A DNA stretch of 64,000 nt from Octopus sinensis. Taxonomy: Eukaryota. Both the position numbers and the translations under genes were made by a program. Position 1 is the stretch's first letter, and every line of letters begins with the position of its first letter. Positions 1 to 12,600 of this stretch are shown here, one piece after another. Below the pieces are notes generated by a model. It ran no database searches and was not told the origin of the DNA. It was given only the letters and a program-made list of their open reading frames with translations. The stretch spans positions 15,314,001 to 15,378,000 of the forward strand of contig NC_043012.1 in NCBI RefSeq assembly GCF_006345805.1. Reading direction: 5' to 3'.

Positions 1-2
1 AT

Positions 3-3000
3 GCTCTGAAATCGACAGCCGAGGCATTACGCCAAGTTGAAAGAGACCCCAAGAATATTTTTGATGAAGATGACGAAGATGATGATTTCAGCCAAACCTC
101 AGGTTAGTATCTTTGTTTATGATTTATTTCATGTTAGTATTTCCAACTTATACACGTGTCTTTTCTGATTTAATGGTATACGAGGGGCGTTCAATAAGTA
201 ATACCCCTGACCCACTTCCCATAGCAGTAGAGCAACGAAACTTGGCACAGTTATTAGTCTTTTTCTATATAGGAACCATCCAGAGTTACGCATTTCTACC
301 ATCGTTTGATGCAGCTCTGGAGACCGTTTTTGTAGAAGACCCCAGCTTGGCCCTCCAATCTGAACGTGACTTCAGAAATCAAGGCTGCATCATCTGGGAA
401 ACACTTTCCTTTCAAAAACAACTTCATGATTGGGAAGAGGTGAAAATCAGAGGGTGCAAGGTCAGGAAAGTAGGAGGGATGGGGAGGAGTTCATAGCCAT
501 ACACCTGTGCTTCTGATCTGGCGACAAGCGAGTTGTGGACCGGAGCGTTGTCCTGCAGGAGGAGGATGCCTTTGCTGATCTTGCCCCGCCTCGTGATTTT
601 GATAACTTCTCTTAATTTCCTCAAAAGTGAAGCATAATAGGCTCCTGCAATTGTGGTACCCTTTGCCAGGAAATCTGTCATCACTACTCCGTCCTGGTCC
701 CAGAAGACTGTGAGCATGACCTTGCCAGCGGAGGGCTGCACCCTTGCCTTCTTTGGAGGGGGTGAGTCACGGTGCTTCCACTGCATTGACTGGGCTTTGG
801 TCTCTGGATCATCGTGATGGACCCAGGTTTCATCCTGTATAATCAGTCTTTTGAAAAATTTTGACTCATCTTCTTGGCACATCTCCAAATTCACCCTCGA
901 GCACTCGACGCGTTCCTGCTTCTGGAAAGGCATGAGCAACCTGGGAATCCATCTGGCAGACACCTGTTGCATATGCAAATGGTCATGAATGATAGTTTCC
1001 ACAGACCCGGTACTAATCTTGACCTCATGGGCTATTTGGCGAATAATTATGTGTCGATCTTCCAAAATTGCAGCCTCAACTTGACAGACAGATGCCTCAT
1101 CAATGGCAGAAGGGGGCGACCAGATCTGGGAACTGTTTCCACAGAGTTCCGACCATGTTTGAATTCACGATGCCAGCGTTTTACAAGGTCATATGATGGG
1201 GCATCATCACCATAAGTTACTTTCATTTCATCAAAAGGCTCCCGTGGTGTGCGTCCTTTCAAATACAAAAACCGGATCACTGCTCGGCACTCAACAGGCT
1301 CCATTTCACACTTGACTCGGTTCAAACACCTGTAAATCAGAAACCATAATTAATTCAGAGCTGTAATTTGCCACTTACTCTATAGAGATATAAATGATTG
1401 CACATGCAAAATTTCAGCTAGATCAAACAACTGCAAGTGGGTCAGAGGCATTACTTATTGAACGTCCCTCGTATAATGGTATTGGCACCTAGACTTGGTT
1501 TTAAATTCTTGTACTTAATTTAAGGCTTTAATTGTTGATTGGGCAGAATCATTGAGTGGGGGTCAGATAGGGACCTTGTAGTAATTATTCTGATCTTTTA
1601 TCTTTTACTTGTTTTAATCATTAGACTGTGGTCATGCTGGGGCACTGCCTCGAATTTTTTTAGTTAAATGAATTGGTCTCAGGACTTATATATACTTTAA
1701 ACCTGGTATTTATTCTATTGATCTCTTTTGCTGAACCATTAAGTTACAGGCATGTAAATACACCGTCAGAGGAGGCACATGGCCTAGTGGTTAGAGCAGC
1801 GGACTCGTGGTCGAGGGATCGCGGGTTCGAATCTCAGACTGGGCAGTGTGTGTGTTTATGAGTGAAACACCTAAGCTCTACGCGGCTCCGGCAGAAGGTA
1901 ATGGCGAACTTTGCTGACTCTTTCGCCACAATTTTCTCTCACTCTTTCCTCCTGCATCTTGCAACTCACCTGCGATGGACCGGCGTCTCGTCCAGGTGGG
2001 GAACCTATACGGCAAGGAACCGGGAAACCGGCCCTTATGAGCCAGGCATGGCTCGAGAAGGAACAAACAACAACAAATACACCAGTTGTGAAGCAGTAGT
2101 GGGGAACAATCACAGACACAAAGGCTCACACATATATGATGGGCTTCTTTCAGTTTCTGTCTACCAAATCCACTCATAAGTCCATAATATGAGACACTTG
2201 CCCAAGGTGCCATGCAGTGGGTTTGGATCCAGAACCATGTGGTTAGGAAGCTAGCTTCTTACCCCACACACACACACACACCTTCACCTATCCTTTGCCT
2301 TTTCAATTCCAATCCTACTAAGGTCAATTTTGACTTTCATCTCTCTCCTGGAGTGGGTCAATAAAAAAAAGTGCCAACCAAGAACTGGCTCTCAGAATTG
2401 TTGATGCTTCACTGTGATAGGGCTGTTGGGTGAGATCATTCACTCCAAGGAATGGAAGAGGAGTAAAAACCTACAGAATTGGTTCCTAGAGCAGTGGAAG
2501 AATGTTATTTTCTCGGACAAGTCATCCTTTACCTTATTTCCAAACACCAGCCGAGTATATATGTGGAGAGAGCCAGACCCAGACTACCTTCTTCCAACTG
2601 TTAAACATGGAGGGGGATCTGTGGGGTGGGGCTATATCTTGGAAATCCGCCAGCCCAATGATTTTCCTTCATGGCAGAATTAATAAAGACTATTTAAGCA
2701 TTTTATTTGATCAAATTCATCCTATGGTTGAGGATCTGTTTCCGGAGGGAAATGGAATCTTTCAGGATGATAATGCACCAATTCATACAGCTAAAGTTGT
2801 TACTGAATAGCACAAGGAACATTCTAGTGGAGTTGAACATCTTATCTGGCCACCACAGTCCCCAGATCTCAATGTTATTGAACATTTATGGTGCATTTTA
2901 AAAAAATAAGTAAGGAGTCGATATCCTCCACCATCATCACTACAAGAACTGGAGACTGTTTTAGCTGAAGAATGGACAAAAATTCCTTTGGAAACAATTC

Positions 3001-4656
3001 AAACGTTGTATGAGTCCATACCTTGTAGAATTCAAGCTGTAATTGCTGCCAAAGGCAGTCCTACCCCATATTAAAATAAATTAGTTTGAAATTTTAAGGT
3101 GTTTCCATTATTTTGTCCAATCCCTGTATATTATATAATAATGATGGTATGGTCATGGGGCTGGAATGCGTTTGATCATAAATTTGCTTGATCAGGGCTG
3201 ATCTGGTGCCAAGTATCAATATCCAGTGGATTATATTTAGCTCATTCTAACACTAATAACTATTTCCTTGCACTGCACATTTGAATTTACAAGTTTTATG
3301 TGAAGTGAGAGAATCCTTTTGTAATTATTAAAAGCTCTAGAACCCTAAACTCTCTCTATGGTTTGTCTCTTTTCTTTTGCCTTACAGATGTCTTAGACAG
3401 TGGTTCTGAATTAGATGATAGTCAGGTTCAACGTCCAATTCGACCTGTCCACAGCAGAACAAGGCCTGAAGGTAAATTCTAGAAAATGAAAGATTCTGTT
3501 GTTAAGCAAGGCACCATACTCTACTTTCAGACTATTGTGCATGGCTCTATATTTTACATTCATATTATTGTTCAGCAAGACACCATACTTTACTTCCTAC
3601 ATGTAAAAAATGTGTTTCAAATTCTTATGATTCCTGTTATTTGTTTTGCTGTAGGTGCCAGCTTGACACATAGTGAGAGAAAAGCTCATGTGCAAGGTTC
3701 AATGTTCATTGATGACTCAGAAGATGTAAGTAAAAGAGAAACATCCAAAGATATTCCCTATTCTTGTCCTTACAGCTGATTGGAAAACTTGAAATATTTT
3801 CTGAACAAATTTAACTGTCTTTTTCTAATATACAAAATATGCTGGGGTTTATTCTTTTTTTAATGGCATTAAGTATTGGACAGCAGCATTGGACACTGCT
3901 ATTGGCCTTAAGACGAAGGCATTAATCTCACATCTTCTTATCCTCTGCATCCAAATACAAATTCTTAGTTAAGTAGAATTACTTCTGATGATTAGAGTAC
4001 AATCCTGAGTCTGTGGATTGTAAAATATACAAAAGAAAACCAATTTGGATTTACTGAAATTTTACAATTTTTAGTCCCAAGGAATTGGAATATGGCAAAG
4101 GCAAGAATAAAATACTTGTTCTTTGTGTGTATCCCAGTTTATAGAAATAAGTACACCATATCTGTGTGAGTTGTAAGAGTCAACTAAAAGTGGTTGGTGT
4201 CTTAAAAGGCATTAGGCCAGAAAGTTGTTTCAGATAGTATGTCAGCCTGAAAGAGCTGATGATAGCAATTCTTGAAATGTTCTGAATTTAAATAACTATC
4301 AAACCTAGCATTGGTATATACTGTAATTGAAAAAAAATACAGAAAAGTTGTGGTTGATGGAAATCTTGTTTGCTTGATTTACTTGACTGATTCCCTAGTA
4401 TTTTCTTTTATCCAAAGCCAGGAACTTTTCAGCATCAGGTCACACACACTCACATATATAAAATTGTAAATTTTATTTATTTTCGCCACAGGAATCTGGC
4501 AGTGACTCGGATATCGATCTTGATGATAACAATGAGGGTGATCTTGATGACGATGAAGATATTGAAATAGCAGTGAAAGCGAAAACAGCACCAGGCAGTG
4601 CTGTGCTACGACACAAAATGATTGAAGAAGATGATGACAGCGACAACGATTTCTAA
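3..4656 (+). CDS. 3' part (last 4 exons) of an unidentified gene with a highly acidic, low-complexity C-terminus
   Basis: Exons <3-102, 3388-3471, 3655-3725, 4492-4656, all GT-AG with matching phases (1,1,0). Translation: [97 protein letters not shown]...[22 protein letters not shown] follows at 4761. Confidence 0.8.
181..1471 (-). mobile_element. Mariner (DD34D) transposon, full length, frameshifted transposase (copy 1)
   Basis: TIRs CGAGGGGCGTTCAATAAGTAAT / ATTACTTATTGAACGTCCCTCG with TA on both sides; motifs WIPRLL, DETW, QDNAPVH; ORF broken by frameshifts. Confidence 0.95.
1597..2262 (-). mobile_element. tRNA-derived CORE-like SINE (family A) interrupted by a nested SINE
   Basis: Reverse complement of the family at 4974-5352. 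Confidence 0.7.
1770..2074 (+). mobile_element. tRNA-derived SINE (family D) nested in a family A copy
   Basis: A box TGGCCTAGTGG, B box GGTTCGAATC, (CAA)n tail, direct repeat AAATACACC at 1756-1764 and 2075-2083; related partial copy at 53938-54150. Confidence 0.8.
2390..3126 (+). mobile_element. Tc1-like (DD34E) transposon 3' remnant
   Basis: Motifs [32 protein letters not shown]; right TIR GTTTCCATTATTTTGTCCAATCCCTG followed by TA. Confidence 0.85.
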
Positions 4657-4760
4657 TACAGTTCTTGGTAATGATGGAACGATTTTCTGCCTGATTATTG
4701 TGTAAAATATTTTAGTTCATTAAATTTTTTTTTTTTTTTACCAAAAACATACTGTTCAAA

Positions 4761-4770
4761 AATAAATAAA
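4761..4770 (+). terminator. Polyadenylation signal (overlapping AATAAA x2) of the + strand gene
   Basis: AATAAATAAA about 105 nt after the stop codon, followed by a T-rich tract. Confidence 0.6.
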
Positions 4771-4973
4771 CTATTTTCAGTTTTCTTTGGAGCATGGTTT
4801 AGTATTTAAAAAAAAAGTTTTTTTACTTGTTTCAGTCATTTGCCTGTGACCATGCTGGGGCACTACCTTGGAGGCTTTTTTAGTTGAACAAATCAATCTG
4901 AGGACTTATTTTTTTAAGCCTAGTACTTATTCTATTGGTCCCTTTTATGGGGACATAAAAAGACCAACACATA

Positions 4974-5352
4974 GGCGCAGGAGTGGCTGTGTGGTAAGTA
5001 GCTTGCTAACCAACCACATGGTTCCGGGTTCAGTCCCACTGCGTGGCATCTTGGGCAAGTGTCTTCTGCTATAGCCCCGGGCCGACCAGTGCCTTGTGAG
5101 TGGATTTGGTAGACGGAAACTGAAAGAAGCCTGTCGTATATATGTATATATATATAAGTGTGTGTGTCCCCCTAGCATTGCTTGACAACCGATGCTGGTG
5201 TGTTTACGTCCCCGCCACTTAGCAGTTCGGCAAAAGAGACTGATAGCATAAGTACTGGGCTTACAAAGAATAAGTCCCGGGGTCGATTTGCTCGACTAAA
5301 GGCGGTGCTCCAGTCAAATGACTGAAACAAGTAAAAGAGTAAAGAGTAAAGA
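4974..5352 (+). mobile_element. tRNA-derived CORE-like SINE (family A)
   Basis: Head GGCGCAGGAGTGGCTGTGTGGTAAG, B box GGTTCAGTCCC, CTTGGGCAAG core, AAAGAGT-type tail; further copies at about 20600-21030(-), 23524-23830(+), 39475-39640(-), 43503-44082(-). Confidence 0.8.
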
Positions 5353-5397
5353 GTTGTCAAGCAGTGATAAGGGGACAAACACAGACACAAACTCATA

Positions 5398-6680
5398 CGA
5401 GGGGCGTTCAATAAGTAATGCCCCTGACCCACTTCCCATAGCAGTAGAGCAACGAAACTTGGAACAGTTATTAGTCTTTTTCTACATAGGAACCACCCAG
5501 AGTTACGCATTTCTCCCATCGTTTGATGCAGCTCTGAAGACCGTTTTTGTAGAAGACCCCAGCTTGGTCCTCCAACCTGAACGTGACTTCAGAAATCAAG
5601 GCTGCATCATCTGGGAAACGCTTTCCTTTCAAAAACAACTTCATGGCTGGGAAGAGGTGAAAATCAGACGGTGCAAGGTCAGGAGAGTAGGGGGGATGAG
5701 GGATGAGTTCATAGCCGCACGCCTGTGCTTCTGATCTGGCGACACGCGAGTTGTGGATCGGAGCGTTGTCCTGCAGGAGGAGGATGCCTTTGCTGATCTT
5801 GCCCTGCCTCTTGATTTTGATAACTTCTCTTAATTTCCTCAAAAGTGAAGCATAATAGACTCCTGTAATTGTGGCACCCTTTGCCAGGAAATCTGTCTTC
5901 ACTACTCCGTCCTGATCCCAGAAGACTGTAAGCATGACCTTGCCAGCGGAGGGCTGCACCCTTGCCTTCTTTGGAGGAGGTGAGTCACGGTGCTTCCACT
6001 GCATTGACTGGGCTTTGGTCTCTGGATCATAGTGATGGACCCAGGTTTTATCCTATGCAATCAGTCTTTTGAAAAATTTTGACTCATCTTCTTGGCACAT
6101 CTCCAAATTCATCCTTGAGCAATCGACGCGTTCTTGCTTCTGGAAAGGTGTGAGCAACCTGGGAATCCATCTGGCAGACACCTTTTGCCTATGCAAATGG
6201 TCATGAATGATAGTTTCCACAGACCCGGTACTAATCTTGACCTCATGGGCTATTTGGCGAATAGTTATGCGTCGATCTTCCAAAATGGCAGCCTCAACTT
6301 GACAGACAGATGCCTCATCAATGGCAGAAGGGGGCAACCAGATCTGGGAGCTGTTTCCACAGAGTTCCGACCATGTTTGAATTCACAATGCCAGCGTTTT
6401 ACAAGGTCATATGATGGGGCATCATCACCATAAGTTACTTTCATTTCATCAAAAGTCTCCCGTGGTGTGCGTCCTTTCAAATACAAAAACCGGATCACTG
6501 CTCGACACTCAACATGCTCCATTTCACAATTGACTCAGTTCAAACACCTGTAAATCGGAAACCACAAGTAGTTCAGAGCTGTAATTTGCCACTTAATCTA
6601 TAGATATATAGGTAATTGCACATGCAAAATTTCAGCTAGATCAAACAACTGCAAGTGGGTCAGAGGCATTACTTATTGAA
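5398..6680 (-). mobile_element. Mariner (DD34D) transposon copy 2; defective transposase, one TIR truncated
   Basis: Near-identical to 181-1471; 34 residues separate DNAPIH and the final D of HPPYSPDLAPSD; in-frame stop near 6053; right TIR lacks about 10 terminal bp. Confidence 0.95.
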
Positions 6681-8437
6681 TATATAATTGTTCAAGAGGA
6701 AAACAAATGTTAAGGCGAGGAAAATATTTCAAATCATATACATTGTTATTATTGGAAAAAATTCAGTCCTACAGCTGGTTCTAGGATAAAGAAAGCCATT
6801 GTGAGGCAGTAACCTCTTACACAAGTCAAAAAATCAATAATACCATACAAATGAGGCACCAAACCTCTTACTATCCTTCGGCTCTTCTTTTTAAACTTCT
6901 TGATAAAGTTCTCCATTGTTCCTCCCTTATGGAAGAGGACTACAAACTCCTTCTCCACAGCATGGGAGGGATCTACAGTTTTTACTTTCGGTGGCATAAT
7001 TCCCACAGAAGGTACTTCGGGACAAGCCAACAGTGTATCACAAACCGCTGGCAATGTCCCATTTTACTTATTTGCCTTGAGCCACGGGAGGGTGGTGTTC
7101 CTCTGCTTTGTCCAGCAGATCTTCCCTCCTCCCGCAGCCTTCGGATCCTTCTGTGGGCAACCATTGTTGCCCACCTTTCATTTTTTCCCTTTTTTCGAGG
7201 AGGTTTCCAAGTTTCTTACCACACAACCATGCCTGCACCTATAAAATTATTTGGTTTCACCAATTCTGCAAATTCAAAGGCAGGTATAATTTTCTACTGA
7301 AGACTTATTGTTCACAGACAGCTCACTACTATGTGACATAGAGGGTACTGTAGAGCAGTTATTCACCCCCGCTCCACATATCTTTAACATGATTCTACAA
7401 GTGTAACATGTAACTATCAGATGATGATATAAATGATAAGCAAAGTTGAAAGAAAATATAACTGAAATAATTTTATTCTAGTTTTGCAGAAATATCAGAC
7501 AATTGTTAGATATAAGAGAAATAATGGTCCTGAAATAGAAAAACATGGAATAATAACTGATGTAAAGTATTTTCTGATTTCATCAATGCGAGTTCAATAT
7601 CTGAAATGAGAAAGAAAAGTTTATTTAATAAAAGACAAAATACTCTGTTAACACTTTGCAACACAATATTTTGTCCATGGGGAGCAACTGTTATTTCCTA
7701 TTTGCTTACCCCTGGAAAGTATGAGAAATGGCTAACATTTCCTTCAAACATTGCTTTTGTTACCTTTATTCAAATCCAAAGAATCCCTTTCAACACATGG
7801 CTATTGTTCCCCCACTACCCCTGCTCATGATTAGAGATGCACATGTTGTCAGCTGGTAAGGGACATTGCTCAAGTGGTTAAGGTCAAGCAAATGACAAGC
7901 AGATCTGTGGTATGGAGCAGAATATTTGCTATAATGAGATTTCTGCCACAGAAACTCAGTACTGAATCTGTCTGAAATGTAATGGAAAATAGGTCAGTTT
8001 CAAAATATTGGTGTTCAGGTCACAAAATCAAAGTTTGATGGGAACAGTAGTCATTTTCTTTGATTTCTAGATAATAGCAAATATGAAATAATATTTACTG
8101 ACCAAAGACAAAAAAAAATCTTGTTATACAATGTTACACTATTTAAACAGTCCTGTAAGTATTGAGGACTGTTTAAATAATGTGTTGTTAGTTTAATAAG
8201 GATTAACAGAAGTTTTAATACGACCATAAGAAAACATTGTAAAACCACTTCAGAAAAATGATGGTGTTCTCTTAAAGTTGATATCCCAGAGAAATTTACA
8301 GAAAAATAAGTAGATGGATTGTAAAATTTTAGAAAACTTTTATCAGAAGATAGCAGTCATATGCTGGAATTAACAATCTAGCAGTAAAGATACCTTTGAC
8401 CAAATATTTCTCAGATAATGAAAAACTCAACTTACAT

Positions 8438-8491
8438 TTAGGCTGTAACACTTGGTCCATAGTTTCTCACAAGACGGTCAAATTCATTCTC
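8438..8491 (-). CDS. COPE: COPE exon 10 (terminal)
   Basis: [17 protein letters not shown]. Confidence 0.93.
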   Translation of the reverse strand, partial: ENEFDRLVRNYGPSVTA

Positions 8492-9543
8492 CTGTAAATA
8501 ATAAACATTTTCATAGATGATTCAACCCCAGAGTTAATGAAAACAAAATGTAACATTTTGTGGTTTTGGGTTCAATTCCACAGTATGGTAGGGTTTATGT
8601 CTTTTCCTAAAGCCTCAGGCTCACCAAAGACTTGAGAGTGAAATTGGTAGATAGGAACTTTATAAAAGCCAGTTGTATATGCATCATCCTCATCCTCCTC
8701 CTCACTTTAATGCCCACTTTTCCTTCTGCAGCCAAATACCAACTCTCAGCATGTCCTCATATAGAATATGAATGACATTGCTTGTATGTCAGTGACACAC
8801 ATTTACAACTATCACACAAAGGCAAGACAATGAGACACAAATACACTTACACACGTGGTAAAAAGTTTCTTTCTCAACCACATGGTCTTGGGTTCAGTCC
8901 CACAGCTGTTTAACTGGGATTTATGAAGCCGTGTAGAGTTTAACCCTTTAGCATTCAGATCACTGTCAGATATAATGCTTATTTATTCATAATGTTTTGA
9001 ATCAATTATGCATTATCTTGCAGCCATGAGATTTTCATGATGTAGTTATTTAGTTTAGAATGACATGGTAGGACAGTGTGAGAGACCAGATCCGCCCATT
9101 ATGAATATTAAAGGTAGAGTATTTGGGTAGGAAATGCCAAACAGTTGATGTGCATGATTTTGCTGATAATGTTTATAAAATACCTACCTTGTGTAAATAA
9201 TCTACAACAAAAGGGTGGTTTTTATGCGAGTCCTTCAATTGAGAGATATATCTGTTACCGACCTGAAATAGATACAATACATGTGATGAGTGTAGACATA
9301 TAAAAACGTCCTGGTCTAAATTAATAAGAAATAAGTTATTTTAAACATTTCTGTGTTAATATGTTTATAAAGGATTATGAAAATATATTTAGTTGCACAA
9401 TGATAGTTTATGAGGCAGTTTGACTTCAACTGTGCATCTAAAGGAAAATGCAATAAGGAATATGTTACCAGCAGCAGTAGAAAATCGGTCATTAGTCATT
9501 AAGCTAAGAACAATTGAAATAGTTCTTTCTAGAATGAAAGATG

Positions 9544-9614
<71 letters not shown>

Positions 9615-12600
9615 TAGACATAGTAAGAGTTTATAAAAGGTGGCGAGCTGGCAGAAATGTTAGCATACCAGGCGAAATGCTTAGCGGTATTTCGTCTGCC
9701 GCTACGTTCTGAGTTCAAATTCCGCCGAGGTCAACTTTGCCTTTTATCCTTTCGGGGTCAAATAAGTACCAGTTACACACTGGGGTCGATATAATTGACT
9801 TAATCCGTTTGTCTGTCCTTGTATGTTCCCTTGTGTTCCCCTTGTGGGCAGTAAAGTTTATAAAAGAAACCTCAACATTCCTCTAGTTCTGTGGAAGCAA
9901 AGAAATTGTTTCGCTAGATTGGAATAAATTTGGTTTGTAAAGTAAACTAAAATATTTTCATTTTTTAAGTACATTGGAAACTGGTTAGAACAACTTATGC
10001 TATAAGATAATCTTTGATGTATATATTTTGATTTTTGTTTTAAGGACAAGATATTTGAAAATGGACATCATATTTCTCCCCTTTTTTTCCAAGTAATTTA
10101 GTGGTTCATTAGTTCTGCAAGAAAGTAAAAAAAAATATCTTTCAAAACTCCAGTCAGAGTAACCACAAAATTAGTAAATTTCTTTGATTTGAATTGTACT
10201 AACAACATTTTCTTTCACACTTAATGGAATAGTTTTAATAAAGTGTAGAAACACTGCCAGATCTGACTGGAGCCTGGTGCAGCCTCCTGGCTTCCCAGAC
10301 CCCGGTCGAACTGTCCAACCCATGCTAGCATGGAAAACGTACGTTAAATGATGATGATGATTGATTGGATAGTAGTACATTGCATCAAGCAATTTGGAAC
10401 CCTGTCGGGTAGAGAAATCTTCATAAACAGGCAACTAGAGAACATTCAATAAATGATGCTGGCAGTGAAAAACAGATACTAAAATTATGACAAAACGATA
10501 ATAATTAATGTGCCAAATTAGGGTTAGGGTTGAAAATTAGAAACTAGCTTAACGATTATAACAATTAAGAACATTTTGCTTTCTATAAAAGAATGTTTAC
10601 TTACTTCTGGTGCTTTACCCAAATGTTGTGAAAGGACAATCATATTCACCAGGGTCTCTGGATTGTTGCTATCCTATAATATGGAAAGATGCAATTCATG
10701 TTTACCAAATATTTATAAATCAAACCAAATCAAATCAGATATCAGAAAGCAGAACCAAAATCGAAGTTGATCAACATCAATGGAAATTGCAGCTGTGATT
10801 CCAGTGCCGGTGACAAGTAAGCGAACCATCTGATCATGGCCGTTGCCAGCGCCACCCCGACTGGCCTCCGTGCCGGTGGCATGTAAAAAGCACCATCCGT
10901 TCGTGGCCGTTGCCAGCCTCGCCTGGCCCCCATGCCGGTGGCACGTAAAAAGCACCATCCGTCCGTGGCCGTTTGCCAGCTCCGTCTGGCACCTGTGCGG
11001 GTGGCACGTAAAAAGCACCCACTACACTCACGGAGTGGTTGGCGTTAGGAAGGGCATCCAGCCGTAGAAACACTGCCAGATCAGACTGGGCCTGATGTAG
11101 CCTTCTGGCTTCACAGACCCCAGTTGAACCGTCCAACCCATGCTAGCATGGAAAGCAGACGCTAAATGATGATGATGATGATGATGATAGTATGATATTC
11201 ATTAATAAACTAATAAGCTAAAAGCTTGTGTGTATACATGTGTAACACACACACACACACCTCATACACATAGCACACACAGAAAAACAAATATTTCATT
11301 TTTACAGCTCAATTTGTTGGTACAATGAGTAGTTAACCAATAGCTTGATTGAATAAATAAGCCTTTTGTTTACATATGCCACAAATGGCATCAGTGCTAG
11401 AGCACCATACGAGTGTGATCATTGACAGACTGGCTAACCGGCTTCTGTGCCAGTGGCACTTAAAAGGCACCATTCGAGCGTGATTGTTACCAGCGGCACA
11501 CTACTGGCACTCGAGCCCCGTGCTAGTAGAGTATTAAGAGCACCATCTGAGCGTGATTGTTGCCAGAGTGGCCAACTGGCCTCCGTGCCGGTGGCACGTA
11601 AAAGACACCATTCGAGCATGATCGTTACCAGCATCGACTTACTGGTACCTGCGCCGGTGGCGTGTGTAAAAGATTCAAGCGAGGTCATTGCGAGTGCTGT
11701 CTGACTGGCCCCGTGCTGGTGGCACGTAAAAGCACCCACTACACTCTCGGAGTGGTTGGCGTTAGGAAGGGCATCCACCTGTAGAAACTCTGCCAGATCA
11801 AGATTGAAGCCTGGTGCAGCCATCTGGTTCGCCATCCCTCAGTCATACGTCCAACCCATGCTAGCATGGAAAGCGGATGTTAAACGATGATGATGATGAT
11901 GATGATGACATACACACAAGGTAGTGGTGAACAGTGAGAATGAGCGCTAACACTGCAATTGGAGGATAAATATTCTGATCCCTTTATAGGATTTATAAAG
12001 TACAAACCGTGTGATGCCAGCTGTGTTATATATGTACACAAGTTTGAATTCAAGGATGAGTTCCCAAGAACAAATAAAGAACATTTTTACTGCTGTTAAG
12101 CATATTATTTATATATGTCAACATTATATTTATTACATCTTAATTTAATCAAACTGGGAAGGCGGTGAGTTGGCCAAGAAACCATGATCGAGATTTCACA
12201 GTCTACCCAGAAATGACATTGCTATAAGCAGTAATGATATATTTCTCAAAAATATTTTTAACTCTATGAACCAGACAATGTAGAAGGTCTTTTGTTTTTT
12301 TTTTTTTATTGAAACAAGTAAGAAACAAGTAAAGAGATTTATTGTATTGCTCACTTTGTCCATCGCCTCATGAAGCAGTGACTCAGCGTCTTCAAAGTGT
12401 CCCTGCGCCATGCAGCAAGCAGCTTGACCATTCAATAAAAGTGGAGTGGCTGCATGTTTGTCCGCTTGCTCTTGGAAGATGTAGTAAGCGTCTTGATATT
12501 TTTCTCCACCCTAAGAAAGACAAGTAAATTTGAAGATACTGGTTCGAGAGAGTGAAATGGTGGGTGAGGATATGGTAAGTTTTTATAATACAGACCTTAG

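Noticed and set aside
113-496. + strand ORFs 113-496, 874-1215, 5318-5734
   Set aside because: Antisense shadows of mariner transposase
1770-1845. tRNA gene (also 36220-36293, 53938-54010)
   Set aside because: A/B boxes continue into SINE bodies and tails; no complete cloverleaf
10518-10532. Short TTAGGG repeat
   Set aside because: Only about 2.5 units with no supporting structure
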